Shown here in pieces: positions 37,201-48,515 of a DNA stretch of 64,000 bases (position 1 is the stretch's first letter; every line of letters starts with the position of its first letter). The notes under the pieces are model-generated. The model saw nothing but the letters and a program-made list of their open reading frames with translations. It had not been told where the DNA came from and did no database searches. A program made the translations under genes and the position numbers. The DNA comes from Sphyrna mokarran (taxonomy: Eukaryota), in NCBI GenBank assembly GCA_024679065.1, contig JAGIQG010000002.1:129828001-129892000 (forward strand), read 5' to 3'.

Positions 37201-37834
37201 CAAACTAAACAGTGCTTGAAATGAGCCAGAATAGAAATATAGAAATATTCTCTCCTAAGGCAGTTGGCTTCTGGCTGTCTGGGAAGTATCTCCTAATTTT
37301 GTGCCCTTGATATTTGGATTTGTCTCCTTCTTACTTTCATGTGCCCTTAATTTAGAAAAGTTATAATTGTATTAGAAATAGTTCAGAGATGGCTCATACC
37401 TGGATGCCTGGGGTGAAGAGGATGTCTTACCAAGAAAGGTTGCATAGGTTCGATCCATATCCACTGAAGTTTAGAAGAAAGAGGTGATTTTACTGAAACA
37501 TATATGATTTTGTGCAGACGTTACTCTTATGGGGGAAAGACTATGGGAGACAATTTTAAACTAGCGGGTGTCTCAATTCAGAATGAGTAGAGATTTTTTC
37601 CCTCAGAAGGTGGTTCATAATATTGAATTGATTTATTATTATCATGTGTATCTGCATGGATTTCCTCCAGATGTTCCAGGTTCCTCCGACAGTCCAAAGG
37701 TGTGCACGTCAGGTACATTGGCCACGCTAAATTTCCGCTTAGTGTCAAGGGGACTAGCAAGGTAAATACTGAAGTTGGAGGGAAAGGGCCTGGGTGGGAC
37801 TGTTGTCAGTTATGGTTCGATAGGCTGAACAAGG

Positions 37835-38860
37835 TTGTGGATCAGTTTTTTTCTGCAAGGAGGTCAGTCACCAGTGGAGTGCCCCAGGGATCTGTTCTGG
37901 AGCCTTGCTGTTTGTAATTTTCAGAAATGACTTGGTGAGGAAGTGGAGGAATGGGTTAGTAAGTTTGCCAATGACACGAAGGTTGGTGGTGTTGTGGATG
38001 GTCTGGAGGGATGTCAGAAGTTGCAGCATGACATAGATAGGATGCAAGACTGGGCGGAGAAGTGGCAGATGGACTTCAATCCAGATAAATGTGTAGTGAT
38101 CCATTTTGGCAGGTCCAATAGGATGAAGGAGTATAATATCAAGGGTAAGACTCTTAGCAGTGTAGAGAATCAGAAGGACCTTGGAGTCTGGGTCCATAGG
38201 ACTCTTAAATTGGCCTCGCAGGTAGAGGATGTGGTCAAGAAGGGATATGGTGTACTGGCCTTCATCAATCAAGGGATTGAGTTTCAGAGTTGGGAGATAG
38301 TGCTGCAGCTTTATAAGACCCTAGTCAGACCCCACTTGGAGTACTGTGCGCATTACTGTCGCCTCATTACAAGAAAGATGTGGAAGCTATTGAAAGAGTG
38401 CAGAGCAGATTTACAAGGATATTGCCTAAATTGAATGGCATGCGGTATGAGAATATGTCGAGGGAATTCGGTCTTTTCTTCCTGGAGAGATGAAGGATGA
38501 GAGGTGACCTGATAGAGGTTTAAAAGATGTTGAGAGGTATAGATCGGGTAGATTCTCAGAGGCTATTTTCCAGGGCTAAAATGATCGCTATGAGAGGACT
38601 CAGGTTTAAGGTGCTAGGGAGTAGGTACAGAGGAGATGTCTGGGGTAAGTTTTTCACTCAGAGGGTGGTGGGTGAATGGAATCGGCTGCCATCGGTGGTG
38701 GTGGAGGTGAATTCGTTAGGATCTTTTGAGAGTCTCCTCGATGATTATATGGGTTTTAATAGGATTGAGGGTTAGAGGTAGGCCTATTAGGTAGGGATAT
38801 GATCAGTGCAACTTGCAGTCAAAGGGCCTGTTTGTGCTGTAGTTTTCCTATGTTCTGCAC
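37835..38860 (+). mobile_element. CR1 LINE 3' fragment, frameshifted
   Basis: VTSGVPQGSVL, WVSKFANDTKVGGVVD, RPHLEYC and GKFFTQRVV across several frames, then a CR1-type 3' UTR. Confidence 0.9.
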
Positions 38861-39265
38861 CGTACAGATTCTATGTATTAGGATATGTTGGAAAGTATTG
38901 TTTCCTGTGAGCTATACAGACAGAACACACCATTCATAGAATACAGAGGGAAGAAGGAAAGGATAGAGTGCAGAATATAGTGTTGCAGTTACTGTGAAAT
39001 TCTCTTGCCTGGAGTGTTGAGGCTGGGTATTGAATGTATCCAAGATTGAGTTAGAGTTTTGCGTGACAAGGGAATGAAGAATAATCGGAGGTGGCGGTGG
39101 GGGGGCACGGGGAGGGGGCGGTAGGGGGTGGGAAGGGTGGGTGGTTTGCAAATCAAAAGTAGGCTTGAGGCCGCCATCAGGTTAGATATGACCTTATTGA
39201 ACAGCTTGAGGGGCTGACTGTCCCAGCCCTGTCAATAATTTTTGTGTTCTAATATATTGGTAAAT

Positions 39266-39568
39266 TTAAGTTTATTTACTGGTGTCACAAGTAAGCTTAC
39301 ACTGAAGTTACTCCGACGCCTGTTTGGGTACACTAAGGGAGAAATTAGCATGGTCAATGCACCTAACCAGCACGTCTTTTGGACAGTGGATGGAAACAGC
39401 AGCATCAGGATGAAACGCATGCAGACATTGGGAGAGGGTGTAGACTCCACATAGACAGTGACCCAACTTTATAAGACTCTAGTCAGACCTCACTTGGAGT
39501 ACTGTGCAATTGAATAGAACGTGAGCTCCTGGCACTGTGAGGCAACAGTGCTAACCACCGTGCCACCT
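39266..39568 (-). mobile_element. V-SINE, tail type B, with a 41-bp CR1 fragment inserted
   Basis: Reverse copy ~100 bp upstream of the EXOC3 CpG island; insert at 39467-39507. Confidence 0.82.
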
Positions 39569-39659
39569 AGGTTGGAGGGGTTGGACGCCCTAGCCCTGCT
39601 CCTAATTCCTGTGTTCTTATGTGTTGATGAGTTGTATTGCTCTCGAACTGGAAGGAATG

Positions 39660-40125
39660 TTGACGGCTGTCGCTCAGGGAATGAGTCCAGCCCCGCCCCT
39701 TTTCTTGGCCACGCCCCTTTCCTAAGCCCTGCCTTCTGTCCCAGCCCCTAAGGCCGGACGTAGTTGTGTTAGCCGCGGTGCTTGTCGGGAGGTGTAGTTC
39801 TCTGGGAGGACTACGTTACCCGTCGGCTGGAGCGGTTTCCGGGTGAGCCGGTGGGAGGGGGTCGCGCGCTGGTGGGTTTGAATGCGGGTGGAGTTCTATG
39901 CCGTTGTTGTTTTCCCCCTCCACCAGCGCCTCTGGCTTTGTTCCAGGCTGCTGTCCGCCTGCAGGTAAGCGGCTCCCGGGGCGAGGAGTGGATTTGGGGC
40001 CTGTCCTACGGATCGGGAGCCCCTGTTGTGTTGTGATTTCCCCCGGCCAGGATCGGACACTCAGAGCCTTTAGAATCGGACATTTCATTTTAATGCAGCT
40101 ACCCCGCCCCCCACCCCGGGAGCCA
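39660..40125 (+). promoter_or_regulatory. EXOC3 CpG-island promoter
   Basis: Local CpG/GC-rich island in a CpG-poor background. GC box ccccgcccc 39691-39699, KLF/SP-type ggccacgcccc 39707-39717, ACTAC-type motifs 39757-39835, ttccgg (ETS core) 39837-39842. Confidence 0.8.
39780..39964 (+). other. EXOC3: EXOC3 non-coding exon 1 (5' end approximate)
   Basis: Strong donor CAG|GTAAGC at 39964/39965 inside the CpG island. The first coding exon is preceded by an acceptor, so an upstream UTR exon is required. Confidence 0.7.
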
Positions 40126-40342
40126 GGTGCTCAGTGACATTGGAGCCATTGGGTTTATGACCGACTCCCAGGCTGGGAGTGTGTCATGCTCCTCTCTCAG
40201 CCCAGCAATGTTATTATATTCCTCAAATTCAGACAAGTGTCACATTACAGTCTCAGCGCCTGGCAATCATTTATAATTGCAATTTGTATTATTACAGTTC
40301 CAGGATCTGACACTGAAATCAGTGAAAGACAAAGGGAGGGAT

Positions 40343-40665
40343 TGGGTGGCATGGTGCACGCTGCTGCTTCACAGTGCCAAGGTCCCAGGCTCAATTCTGG
40401 CCTTAGGCCACTGTCTATGTGGAGTTTGCATGTTCTTCCTGTGTCTGTGAGGGTTTCCTCTGGGTGCTTTAGTTTCCTCGAACAGTCCAAAAGATGTACG
40501 GAACCTGGTGATGTCAGACTTCTTATTTAGTTTGATTGGCCATGCCTCTTAACATTAGGGGGATTAGTAGGGTAATTATATGGGATTATGGGATTAGGGC
40601 CTGGGTGGTTAGTACAGACTTGATGGGCTGAATAGTCTCTGTTTCTGTACTGTAGGGATTCTATG
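40343..40665 (+). mobile_element. V-SINE, tail type A
   Basis: Head, core and ctgtactgtagggattctatg tail. Confidence 0.82.
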
Positions 40666-40894
40666 AAAATTCCACATAGAGACTGTAAGGCTAATTTTCA
40701 AATCCCTTCTGACCACAGGAAAGGGGCTGGAGGGCAGCTATAGACAAAATATTGCAGATGCTAGTCGGAGTTATGATGAAGGGTCATCCTGACTCAATGT
40801 TGGCTCTGTTTTCTCTCCACAAATGCTGTCAAACCTGTTGAGATTTTCCAGCACCTTGTTTTTGTGACTGGAAGATAAGGAAGTAGGGGAGAAA

Positions 40895-41455
40895 GAACAT
40901 AGAACATTACAACGCAGTACAGGCCCTTCGGCCCTCGATGTTGCGCCGGCCAGTGGACCCTCTAACCTAAACTATTCCAATATCATCCATATGCCTATCC
41001 ACCGAACATTTGACTGCCCCCAAAGTAGGCGAGTCCACAACTGCTGCAGGCAGGGCATTCCACGCCCTCACCACCCTCTGTGTAAAGAACCTGCCTCTGA
41101 CATCCGTCCTATAACTACCACCTCTTAATTTAAAGTTATGTCCCCTCATGTTGGTCGTCACCATCTGAGGAAAAAGGCTCTCACTATCCACCCTATCCAA
41201 TCCCTTGATCATCTTATACGCCTCAATTAGGTCACCGCGTAACCTTCTTGTCTCTAATGAAAATAACCTCAGGTCCCTCAGCCTTTCCTCATAAGGCCTT
41301 CCCACCATACCAGGCAACATCCTGGTAAACCTCCTCTGCACCTTTCCAATGCTTCCACATCTTTCTTATAATGCGGCGACCAGAACTGTACGCAATATTC
41401 CAAGTGCGGCCGCACCAGAGTTTTGTACAGTTGTAACATAACCTCACGGCTCCTA
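40895..41455 (-). mobile_element. Young CR1 LINE 3' fragment, closely related to the 45.4-46.9 kb copy
   Basis: QRRFTRMLPGM...RRLRGDLIEAYK...GRFFTQRVV; shares the 3' UTR (ggcccttcggccctcgatgttgcgcc) and tagaaca tail; one frameshift. Confidence 0.92.
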
Positions 41456-41552
41456 AATTCAATCCCTCTACCAATAGAAGATAATTACAGGCCAGTGAAT
41501 CTAACATTAGTGGTCGGGAAGTTATGAAAACAGTTCCAAAGCACAGAATTAC

Positions 41553-41800
41553 ATGGGTGGCACAGTGGTTAGCACTGCTACCTCGCAGCTCCAGGGACCT
41601 GGGTTCAGTTCCCAGTTTGGGTGCCTGTCTGTGTGTTGTCTGCACCTTCTCCCTGTGTCTGCATGGGTTTCCTCCGGATGCTCTGGTTTTCTCCCTCAGT
41701 GTACTCAAACAGGCTGCGGAGTGTGGCAAATAGGGGATTTTTGCAGTAACTTCATTGCAATATTAATGTAAGCCTACTTGTAACGAATAAATAAACTTTA
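41553..41800 (+). mobile_element. V-SINE, tail type B, with an internal deletion
   Basis: Core jumps from ggtttt to ctccctcagtgtac; ends ataaataaacttta. Confidence 0.82.
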
Positions 41801-41829
41801 TCTTTACCTCTCCAAGTGGAGGTTAAAGT

Positions 41830-42890
41830 TAATCAAGGATAGTCAGCATAGCTTGGTCAAAAGGAAGACCATGTCTGACAAATTTGATTGAACTTTTAGT
41901 GATGGCCTCCAGATGAAAGTAGATGAAAGCAATGAAGTTGATGTAATCTATACATCAATAAGGCTTTGACAAAATCCTGCATGGGAGACTGACCAAGAAG
42001 GCAAGGGTGCATGGCATTCAGGACAATTTGGCAAATTGGATCCTAAATTGGCTTAGAGCAGGAGGCAGATTGAAATTATTGAAGCAAGTTGACTGGAAAC
42101 CTGTGTCTAGTGGTATACTGCAGGGATTGATGCTGGGTATCTTGCTGTTTGTAGCATATATTTGTAATGTACTTTAATAATCTAGATGTAAATTTGAGTG
42201 GTATGATTAGTAAGTGCATAGATGGCATGAAAATTGGTGGTGTGGTAAATATTGAGGAGGAAAGCTTAGATTACAGGATGATATGGATGAGCTGGTCAGA
42301 TGGGTACAACAGTGAGGAATGGAATTTGACTTTGAAAAATGTGAGGTAGTATATTTTCAGAGGACTAACGAGATTAAGGAGGCATGGGAGTGCATATTGA
42401 ATGGGAGGGTGCTAGGAAGTACAGAAGACCAGAGGGATCTTGGAGTGTACATTCAAAGCTCCTTGAAGCAGCAAAATAGGTAATTAGAAAGGCATATATG
42501 ATATTGTATTAGCCAAGGTTAAGAATATAAGAGCAGGGAAGTTAAGATGGAACTGTATAAAATGCTCGTTTGGCCACAGCTAAATGTGTGAAGTCCTGGT
42601 TTCACGCTATAGGAAGGATGTAATTGCACTTGGAATGGTGCAGAAGAGATTCATCAGGATATTGGGGCAGGGGCGCCATTGATTGAAAGAAGCAGATTTG
42701 AGGAAAAATCTTCCTCTGCCTGAATGGGTAGCAGAGGCATTTAAGTGCTTAGATGAGCTTTTGGAACACTGCAGCATACAAGGCTAAGGTAAGTGGTGGG
42801 AAATGTCTTTAGAATGGATCGATGTTTGATGACCAGCACAAACATGATAGGCTGAAGAGTGTCCTTCTTTGCTGTAAACACTGTGATTCT
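41830..42890 (+). mobile_element. Old degenerate CR1 LINE fragment
   Basis: Decayed SQHGFVKGR, KAFDK, MISK.D.MKIGGVVN.EE and CR1 3' end motifs, with many stops. Confidence 0.8.
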
Positions 42891-42944
42891 TTCTACAGGA
42901 TCTGAAAGCAGAGATCATTGCACTTCCAAAATCTGAGTAAAGGT

Positions 42945-43356
42945 CATTGCGGTTCCGGGCTCTGACATTGGGGACCGTTGCGGTTCCGGGCTCTGACACT
43001 GGGGACCGTTGCGGTTCCGGGCTCTGACACTGGGGACCATTGCGGTTCCGGGCTCTGACACTGGGGACCGTTGCGGTTCCGGGCTCTGACACTGGGGACC
43101 GTTGCGGTTCCGGGCTCTGACACTGGGGACCGTTGCGGTTCCGGGCTCTGACACTGGGGACCGTTGCGGTTCCGGGCTCTGACACTGGGGACCATTGCGG
43201 TTCCGGGCTCTGACACTGGGGACCGTTGCGGTTCCGGGCTCTGACACTGGGGACCGTTGCGGTTCCGGGCTCTGACACTGGGGACCGTTGCGGTTCCGGG
43301 CTCTGACACTGGGGACCGTTGCGGTTCCGGGCTCTGACACTGGGGACCGTTGCGGT
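42945..43356. repeat. 31-bp minisatellite, 13.3 copies (cgttgcggttccgggctctgacactggggac)
   Basis: Read directly: 412 bp. Variants are cattg in units 1, 4 and 9 and acattg in unit 1. Confidence 0.98.
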
Positions 43357-43809
43357 AGAAATGTCATTTCTACCCCACTCTATTGTGTTATTAGTCGCTG
43401 TTAGCTAGACTGTTCGAGAGTTAGCAGAATGTGTTGTTTAGAGTTGAACGATCTGGGGTTATATCAGAATTTTGGCCTGGGGCTTTTTGTCCTTTGATCT
43501 TGGTTAGTTGGCTAATATTCTAGTATTGTAGTTTCACAAGAAACACTGTATGATCAAAATGGGAATGAAATTTGGGAAATGTAACTGGGAGCTTCATAAA
43601 GAGGTGAATCAAGTGTTGGTTTAATGTCTCCACAGGAAGGTGGAACTTCTGACAATTCACTCTTCAGTGCAGCATTGAACCATCACGTTAGTTCTGCACT
43701 TAGGTCCTATATTGGGGATTGAATCTGCAGCCTTCTGACTTCAGAGGTGAGAACATTGTCACTGAGAGAATTGACACTTCATAATGATATCTTGAACTGT
43801 GCTAACAAA

Positions 43810-44870
43810 GGTTACTATTCAAGATAAGACTACATAGTGTAGGGGATAATATATTAACATAAAATATTGGTTAGCTAACAGGAAGCAAAGAGTAGGTCTG
43901 AGTCGACCATTTTTGGATTAGAGCTGTAAAAAGGCTTTGACAGCCACAGGGATCAGTGTTGGTGTCTCAACTGCGTATAATATACATCAATCCTTTGGAT
44001 GAAAGGATCAACTAGATGGTAGCTAAATTTGCTGATGGCGCCAAGACAAGTGGAAAATAAGTTACCGAGGAAGAGGAGTATAATGTGGGAACATGTGAAT
44101 TTGTCCACTTTGACGGGAATAATAGAAAGGCAGTATACTATATAAATGGATGGCGATTGCAAAACTTTCCTACAGAAGGATCTACATAAATCACAAAAAG
44201 TTGGTATGGAGGTACTGCAAATGATTAGGAAGGCAAATAAATAAATAAACTGAGTGGTAGTTTAATGAAGGTGGAACCTCTGACATTTCATTCCTTCTAT
44301 GCAGCATTGAAAGATCAGGTTGATTTAAATTTATTGTAAGGGACTACAGTATAAAGATAGGGAACTTTAATGCAGCTCTGCAGGACTTTGGTGCAGCCAC
44401 GTCTGGAGCACTGTGCACAGTTTTGGTCTGCTGATATAATTGCATTAGAAACAGTCCAGAAGAGGTTTACTTTACTCATTTCTGGGATGATGGGCATATC
44501 CTACGAAGAAAAGTTGAATAAGTTGGGCCTATACAATTGGAGTTTAGAAGAACGAGAGGCAATCTTGTTGATAAGGTAGATACCAGGCAAAGGTTTCAAC
44601 TTGTGGGGGCGTCTTACCCCTTTTAAGGCAGAGATGATGAGAATTATTTTCCCTTAGAGGGTCATTAATCTGTGGAACACTCTTCTCCAGAAAGCAGTGA
44701 GAAGCTGAGTCAATGAATTTATTCTGGGAAGAGTTAAACACATTTTTGATGGATAAGGGAGTCGAGGATTATGTGGAGCAGACAGAGATGGAATTGAGAT
44801 CACCTACTTGGTCAACCATGTTGGTATTGAATAGCTGAGTGGCCAAGTCCTGTTCCCAATCCTATATTCC
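43810..44870 (+). mobile_element. Old degenerate CR1 LINE fragment
   Basis: Decayed PQGSVL, KFAD, LVQPRLEHCAQFWS and VQKRFTLLISGM, then a CR1 3' UTR. Confidence 0.8.
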
Positions 44871-45405
44871 TAATACATAGTAATGTCATCCCCACAGGAT
44901 TCCATCTGTGACCACTGTTTTATCATAATTACTAACAAAATGATACATAGTTTTTGTTTAATTTATGCCTTTTGAATGACATGTTAGTAGGATGATTCTT
45001 TATAATACTGTACTGTTACCAATGTTTTGATTTTTAAAGACTAATTGTTATTGTAGCTATATTTCAAATATTTGCAAAATCAAATTCCTTTATTTGGAAG
45101 CATTCCCTGAGAGTTTTCCAGTTTTAAGTACTATTTATTTGTAGCAAAATTATTAATACAGATTTGTTGTGCCATATATTTGCCATCAGAAAAACTTTCT
45201 CAATCAACAATCATGGTTTTAGGGTGCTGAAATATTTCACGTCTCATAGTTCCTGTAACAGAGATTTTTGCCTTTCTAAGCTGAAATGCTTTTTATAAAA
45301 ACAACATTAAGTGCCACTTAACAGTTTTATACAACATATATAACTGGAATCAGTTTTGACCTGATTCCACATGACTGCACTTTAAACTTCATTCTATTCT
45401 GCCTC

Positions 45406-46866
45406 ATAGAACGTAGAACATAGAACATTACAGCACAGAACAGGCCCTTCGGCCTTCGATGTTGCGCCGACCAATATAAAAAGCAATGACCCTCCAAACT
45501 AAACCATTCCCTTCTCTTCCATATACTTATCAACTAACCTCTTAAACGCCACCAAACCTGGCGCATCTACAACTGCCGCAGGCAGGGCATTCCACTCCCA
45601 AACCACCCTTTGGGTAAAGAGCCTACCTCTGATATCCGTCCTATAACTATCACCCCTTAATTTAAGGCTGTGTCCCCTCGTGCTAGCTTTCTCCATCCTA
45701 GGAAAAAGGCTATCACTGTCCACCCTATCTAAACCTCTAATCATCTTATATGTTTCAATAAGGTCCCCTCTTAGCCGCCTCCTTTCTAACGAAAACAACC
45801 TCAAATCCCTCAGCCTCTCTTCATAAGACCTGCCCTCCATACCAGGCAACATCCTGGTAAACCTCCTCTGTACCCTCTCCAATGCCTCCACATCTTTCTT
45901 ATAATGTGGGGACCAGAACTGCACACAATACTCCAAGTGCGGCCGCACTAGAGTTTTGTACAGTTGCAACATGACGTTGCGGCTCCGAAATTCAATCCCC
46001 CTACCAATAAAAGCTAAGACTCCATATGCCTTCTTAACAACCTTATCGACTTGACTGCCTACTTTCAGGGATCTATGCACAAATACACCAAGATCCCTCT
46101 GTTCATCAACACTATTAAGAATCCTACCATTAGCCCTATACTCTACACATTTATTATTCCTGCCAAAGTGAATTACCTCACACTTTTCCACATTAAACTC
46201 CATTTGCCACCTCTCGGCCCAGCTCTGCAACTTGTCCAAGTCTCTCTGCAAACTATAACACCCCTCTTCACTATCTACCACTCCTCCGACTTTAGTGTCA
46301 TCCGCAAATTTACTAATCCATCCTTCAATACCCTCATCCAGATCATTTATAAAAATTACAAACAGCAGGGGCCCCAAAACAGACCCCTGAGGTACACCAC
46401 TTGTCACCGAACTCCACGATGAATATCTCCCATCAACCACCACCCTCTGTCTTCTATCTGCTAGCCAATTCCTAATCCAATTAGCTAAATCACCCTCTAT
46501 CCCATACATCTGCATTTTCTGCAGAAGTCTTCCATGGGCCACCTTATCAAACGCCTTACTAAAGTCCATATATACCACATCAACCGCCTTACCCCCATCC
46601 ACCTCTTTGGTCACTTTTTCAAAAAACTCAATGAGGTTAGTAAGGCACGACCTACCCTTCACAAAACCATGCTGACTATCCCCAATCAATTCATTTCTCT
46701 CTAAATAACTATAAATCCTATGCCTAATAATTCTCTCCAATACTTTGCCCACAACAGAAGTAAGACTCACTGGCCTATAATTCCCTGGAAGGTCTCTCTT
46801 CCCCTTCTTGAACAATGGGACCACATTCGCTATCCTCCAGTCCTCCGGAGCCACACCCGTAACCAA
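45406..46866 (-). mobile_element. Young 5'-truncated CR1 LINE with an uninterrupted 455-aa RT ORF
   Basis: ORF 45499-46866 with PGNYRPVSLTS, QHGF, YMDFSKAFDKV, GVPQGSVLGP, FADD and RPHLEYCVQFWSP motifs. 3' UTR ends in a (TGTTCTA)n-type tail at ~45406-45428. Confidence 0.95.
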
Positions 46867-46895
46867 CCTTATGTCTCACTCTGCAAACATTGATT

Positions 46896-47160
46896 GCACC
46901 AGGGATCTGGGTTTGATTCCCTGGTTGGGTCACTGTCTGTGTGGAATTTGTACATTCTCCCCATGTCTTCATGGGTTTTCTCCGAGTGCTTCAGTTTCCT
47001 CCCATAGCCTAAAGATGTGTGGGTTAGGTGATTGGCCATGCTAAATTGCCCCTTAGTGTCAGAGGGATTCAAAGGCTAAGTATGTAGGATATCGGGATTG
47101 TTGTCATGCAGGCACAATGGGCAGAATGGCTTCCTTCTGCACTAAGAATTCTATGATTCT
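46896..47160 (+). mobile_element. V-SINE, tail type A, 5'-truncated, next to the young CR1
   Basis: gcaccagggatctgggtttgattccc...ttccttctgcact...ctatgattct. Confidence 0.8.
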
Positions 47161-47914
47161 ATCTGGTCTGAACGCTCCTTTTTACAGTTTCAGACTTAAG
47201 CTGATAGAGGAAGCTTGGGTACGTGTGTTTACATGTTGTAAAATCTGAGTGCTGGGAGTCAGTTAAACATTTAATTCTTTAATTCCAAAATGATTTAAAA
47301 TGATATTTCTTTTGTGACAATTTTATTTAATGTAAGAATTGACATGCTAATTTTTGAACAATAATAAAGTGTAGCAGCACTACCATTAAGTTCAAGACAG
47401 AAATGTTGTCTTATCATCATTTCCTGGATGCACCAGTAGTTGATGCTGTTGCACTGGTTTGCCTTTCCTATCAGTGGATTTCTGTTATATGATTATTTTT
47501 CACAGGTCTGGAGATTGCGTAGTGTTAGTTTGAATGGTCCAATTAGCAGTGATGTTAAGTGTCATCTGTCTGCCAGACCAGGTTAAGCTTCCAAAATCTT
47601 TTGAGAAGACTTTCCCGCACATTCTTTTTTATTTCATAGAATGTGGGTGTGACAGGAAAAGTCTTTATTTGTTATCCATTCCTAATTGCCCTTGAACTGT
47701 GTGGCTTGCTAGACTTGAGAGTCAGTCAGACCAGATAAGAAAGGCAAATTTCCTTCTATAAAGTATTAATTAACTGGATGGGTTTTGTAAAAATGTTGCT
47801 CTGATCCTGTGTGACTCTGCATTTCCATTTCAATTTTACAGGAAGCAATGAAGTTTGAGTCAATATTACTGAGACTAACATTATTATAATTCCTGATTTT
47901 ATTAATTGAACTCA

Positions 47915-48515
47915 TCATAGAATCATACAGCATAGAAGAGGCCCTTTGGCCCATCAAGTCCATACCAACACATTAGAAACACCTGAACTTCCACCTAATC
48001 CTATCTGCCAGCACTTGGCCCATATCCCTGAATATTATGATGTGCCAAGTACTTATCCTGATACTTTTAAAGGGATGTGAGGTAATCCACTCTCTCAGGC
48101 AGCGCATTCCAAACTGTCACCACCCTCTGAATAAAAAATTTTTTCTCATATCTCCCCCTTATCCTCCTGCTGCTCGCCTTGAACCTACTCCCCCTGTCAC
48201 TGACCCTTCAACTAAAGGAAAAAGCTGCTCCTTATCCATTCTATTCATGTCTCTCATAATCTTGCACACCTCAACCAGGTCACTCCTCAGTCTTCTCTGC
48301 TCCAGCGAAAACAAGCTGATGTGTTAATATCCAACCTTTCTTCATAACTTAAATGTTCCATCCCAGGCAGTACTTTGGTGAATCTCCTCTGCATTCCTTC
48401 CAATGCAATCACATCCTTCTGATAATGTGGTGATCAGAACTGCACACAGTATTCTAGCTGTGGCCTCACCAAAGTTGTATACAACTCCAACATGACTTCC
48501 CTGCTTTTATAATCT
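47915..48515 (-). mobile_element. CR1 LINE 3' fragment
   Basis: catagaatcatacagc tail on the plus strand; the reverse strand gives decayed RPQLEYCVQF and FFIQRVV. Confidence 0.8.

Noticed and set aside
39059-39067. Xenobiotic response elements TTGCGTG (also 1680, 11461, 24847, 27052)
   Set aside because: Scattered, several inside repeats, not clustered, and no more than chance would give in 64 kb. The AHRR promoter is outside the window.
42784-43367. Three overlapping repetitive ORFs (121-164 aa) and a CRISPR-like appearance
   Set aside because: Head-to-tail 31-bp units with no unique spacers and no cas genes. The ORFs are a by-product of a stop-free unit whose length is not a multiple of 3.
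47506-47581. Possible extra EXOC3 5' UTR exon (ttttcacag...cag|gttaag)
   Set aside because: Plausible acceptor but weak donor, and no independent evidence without transcripts.
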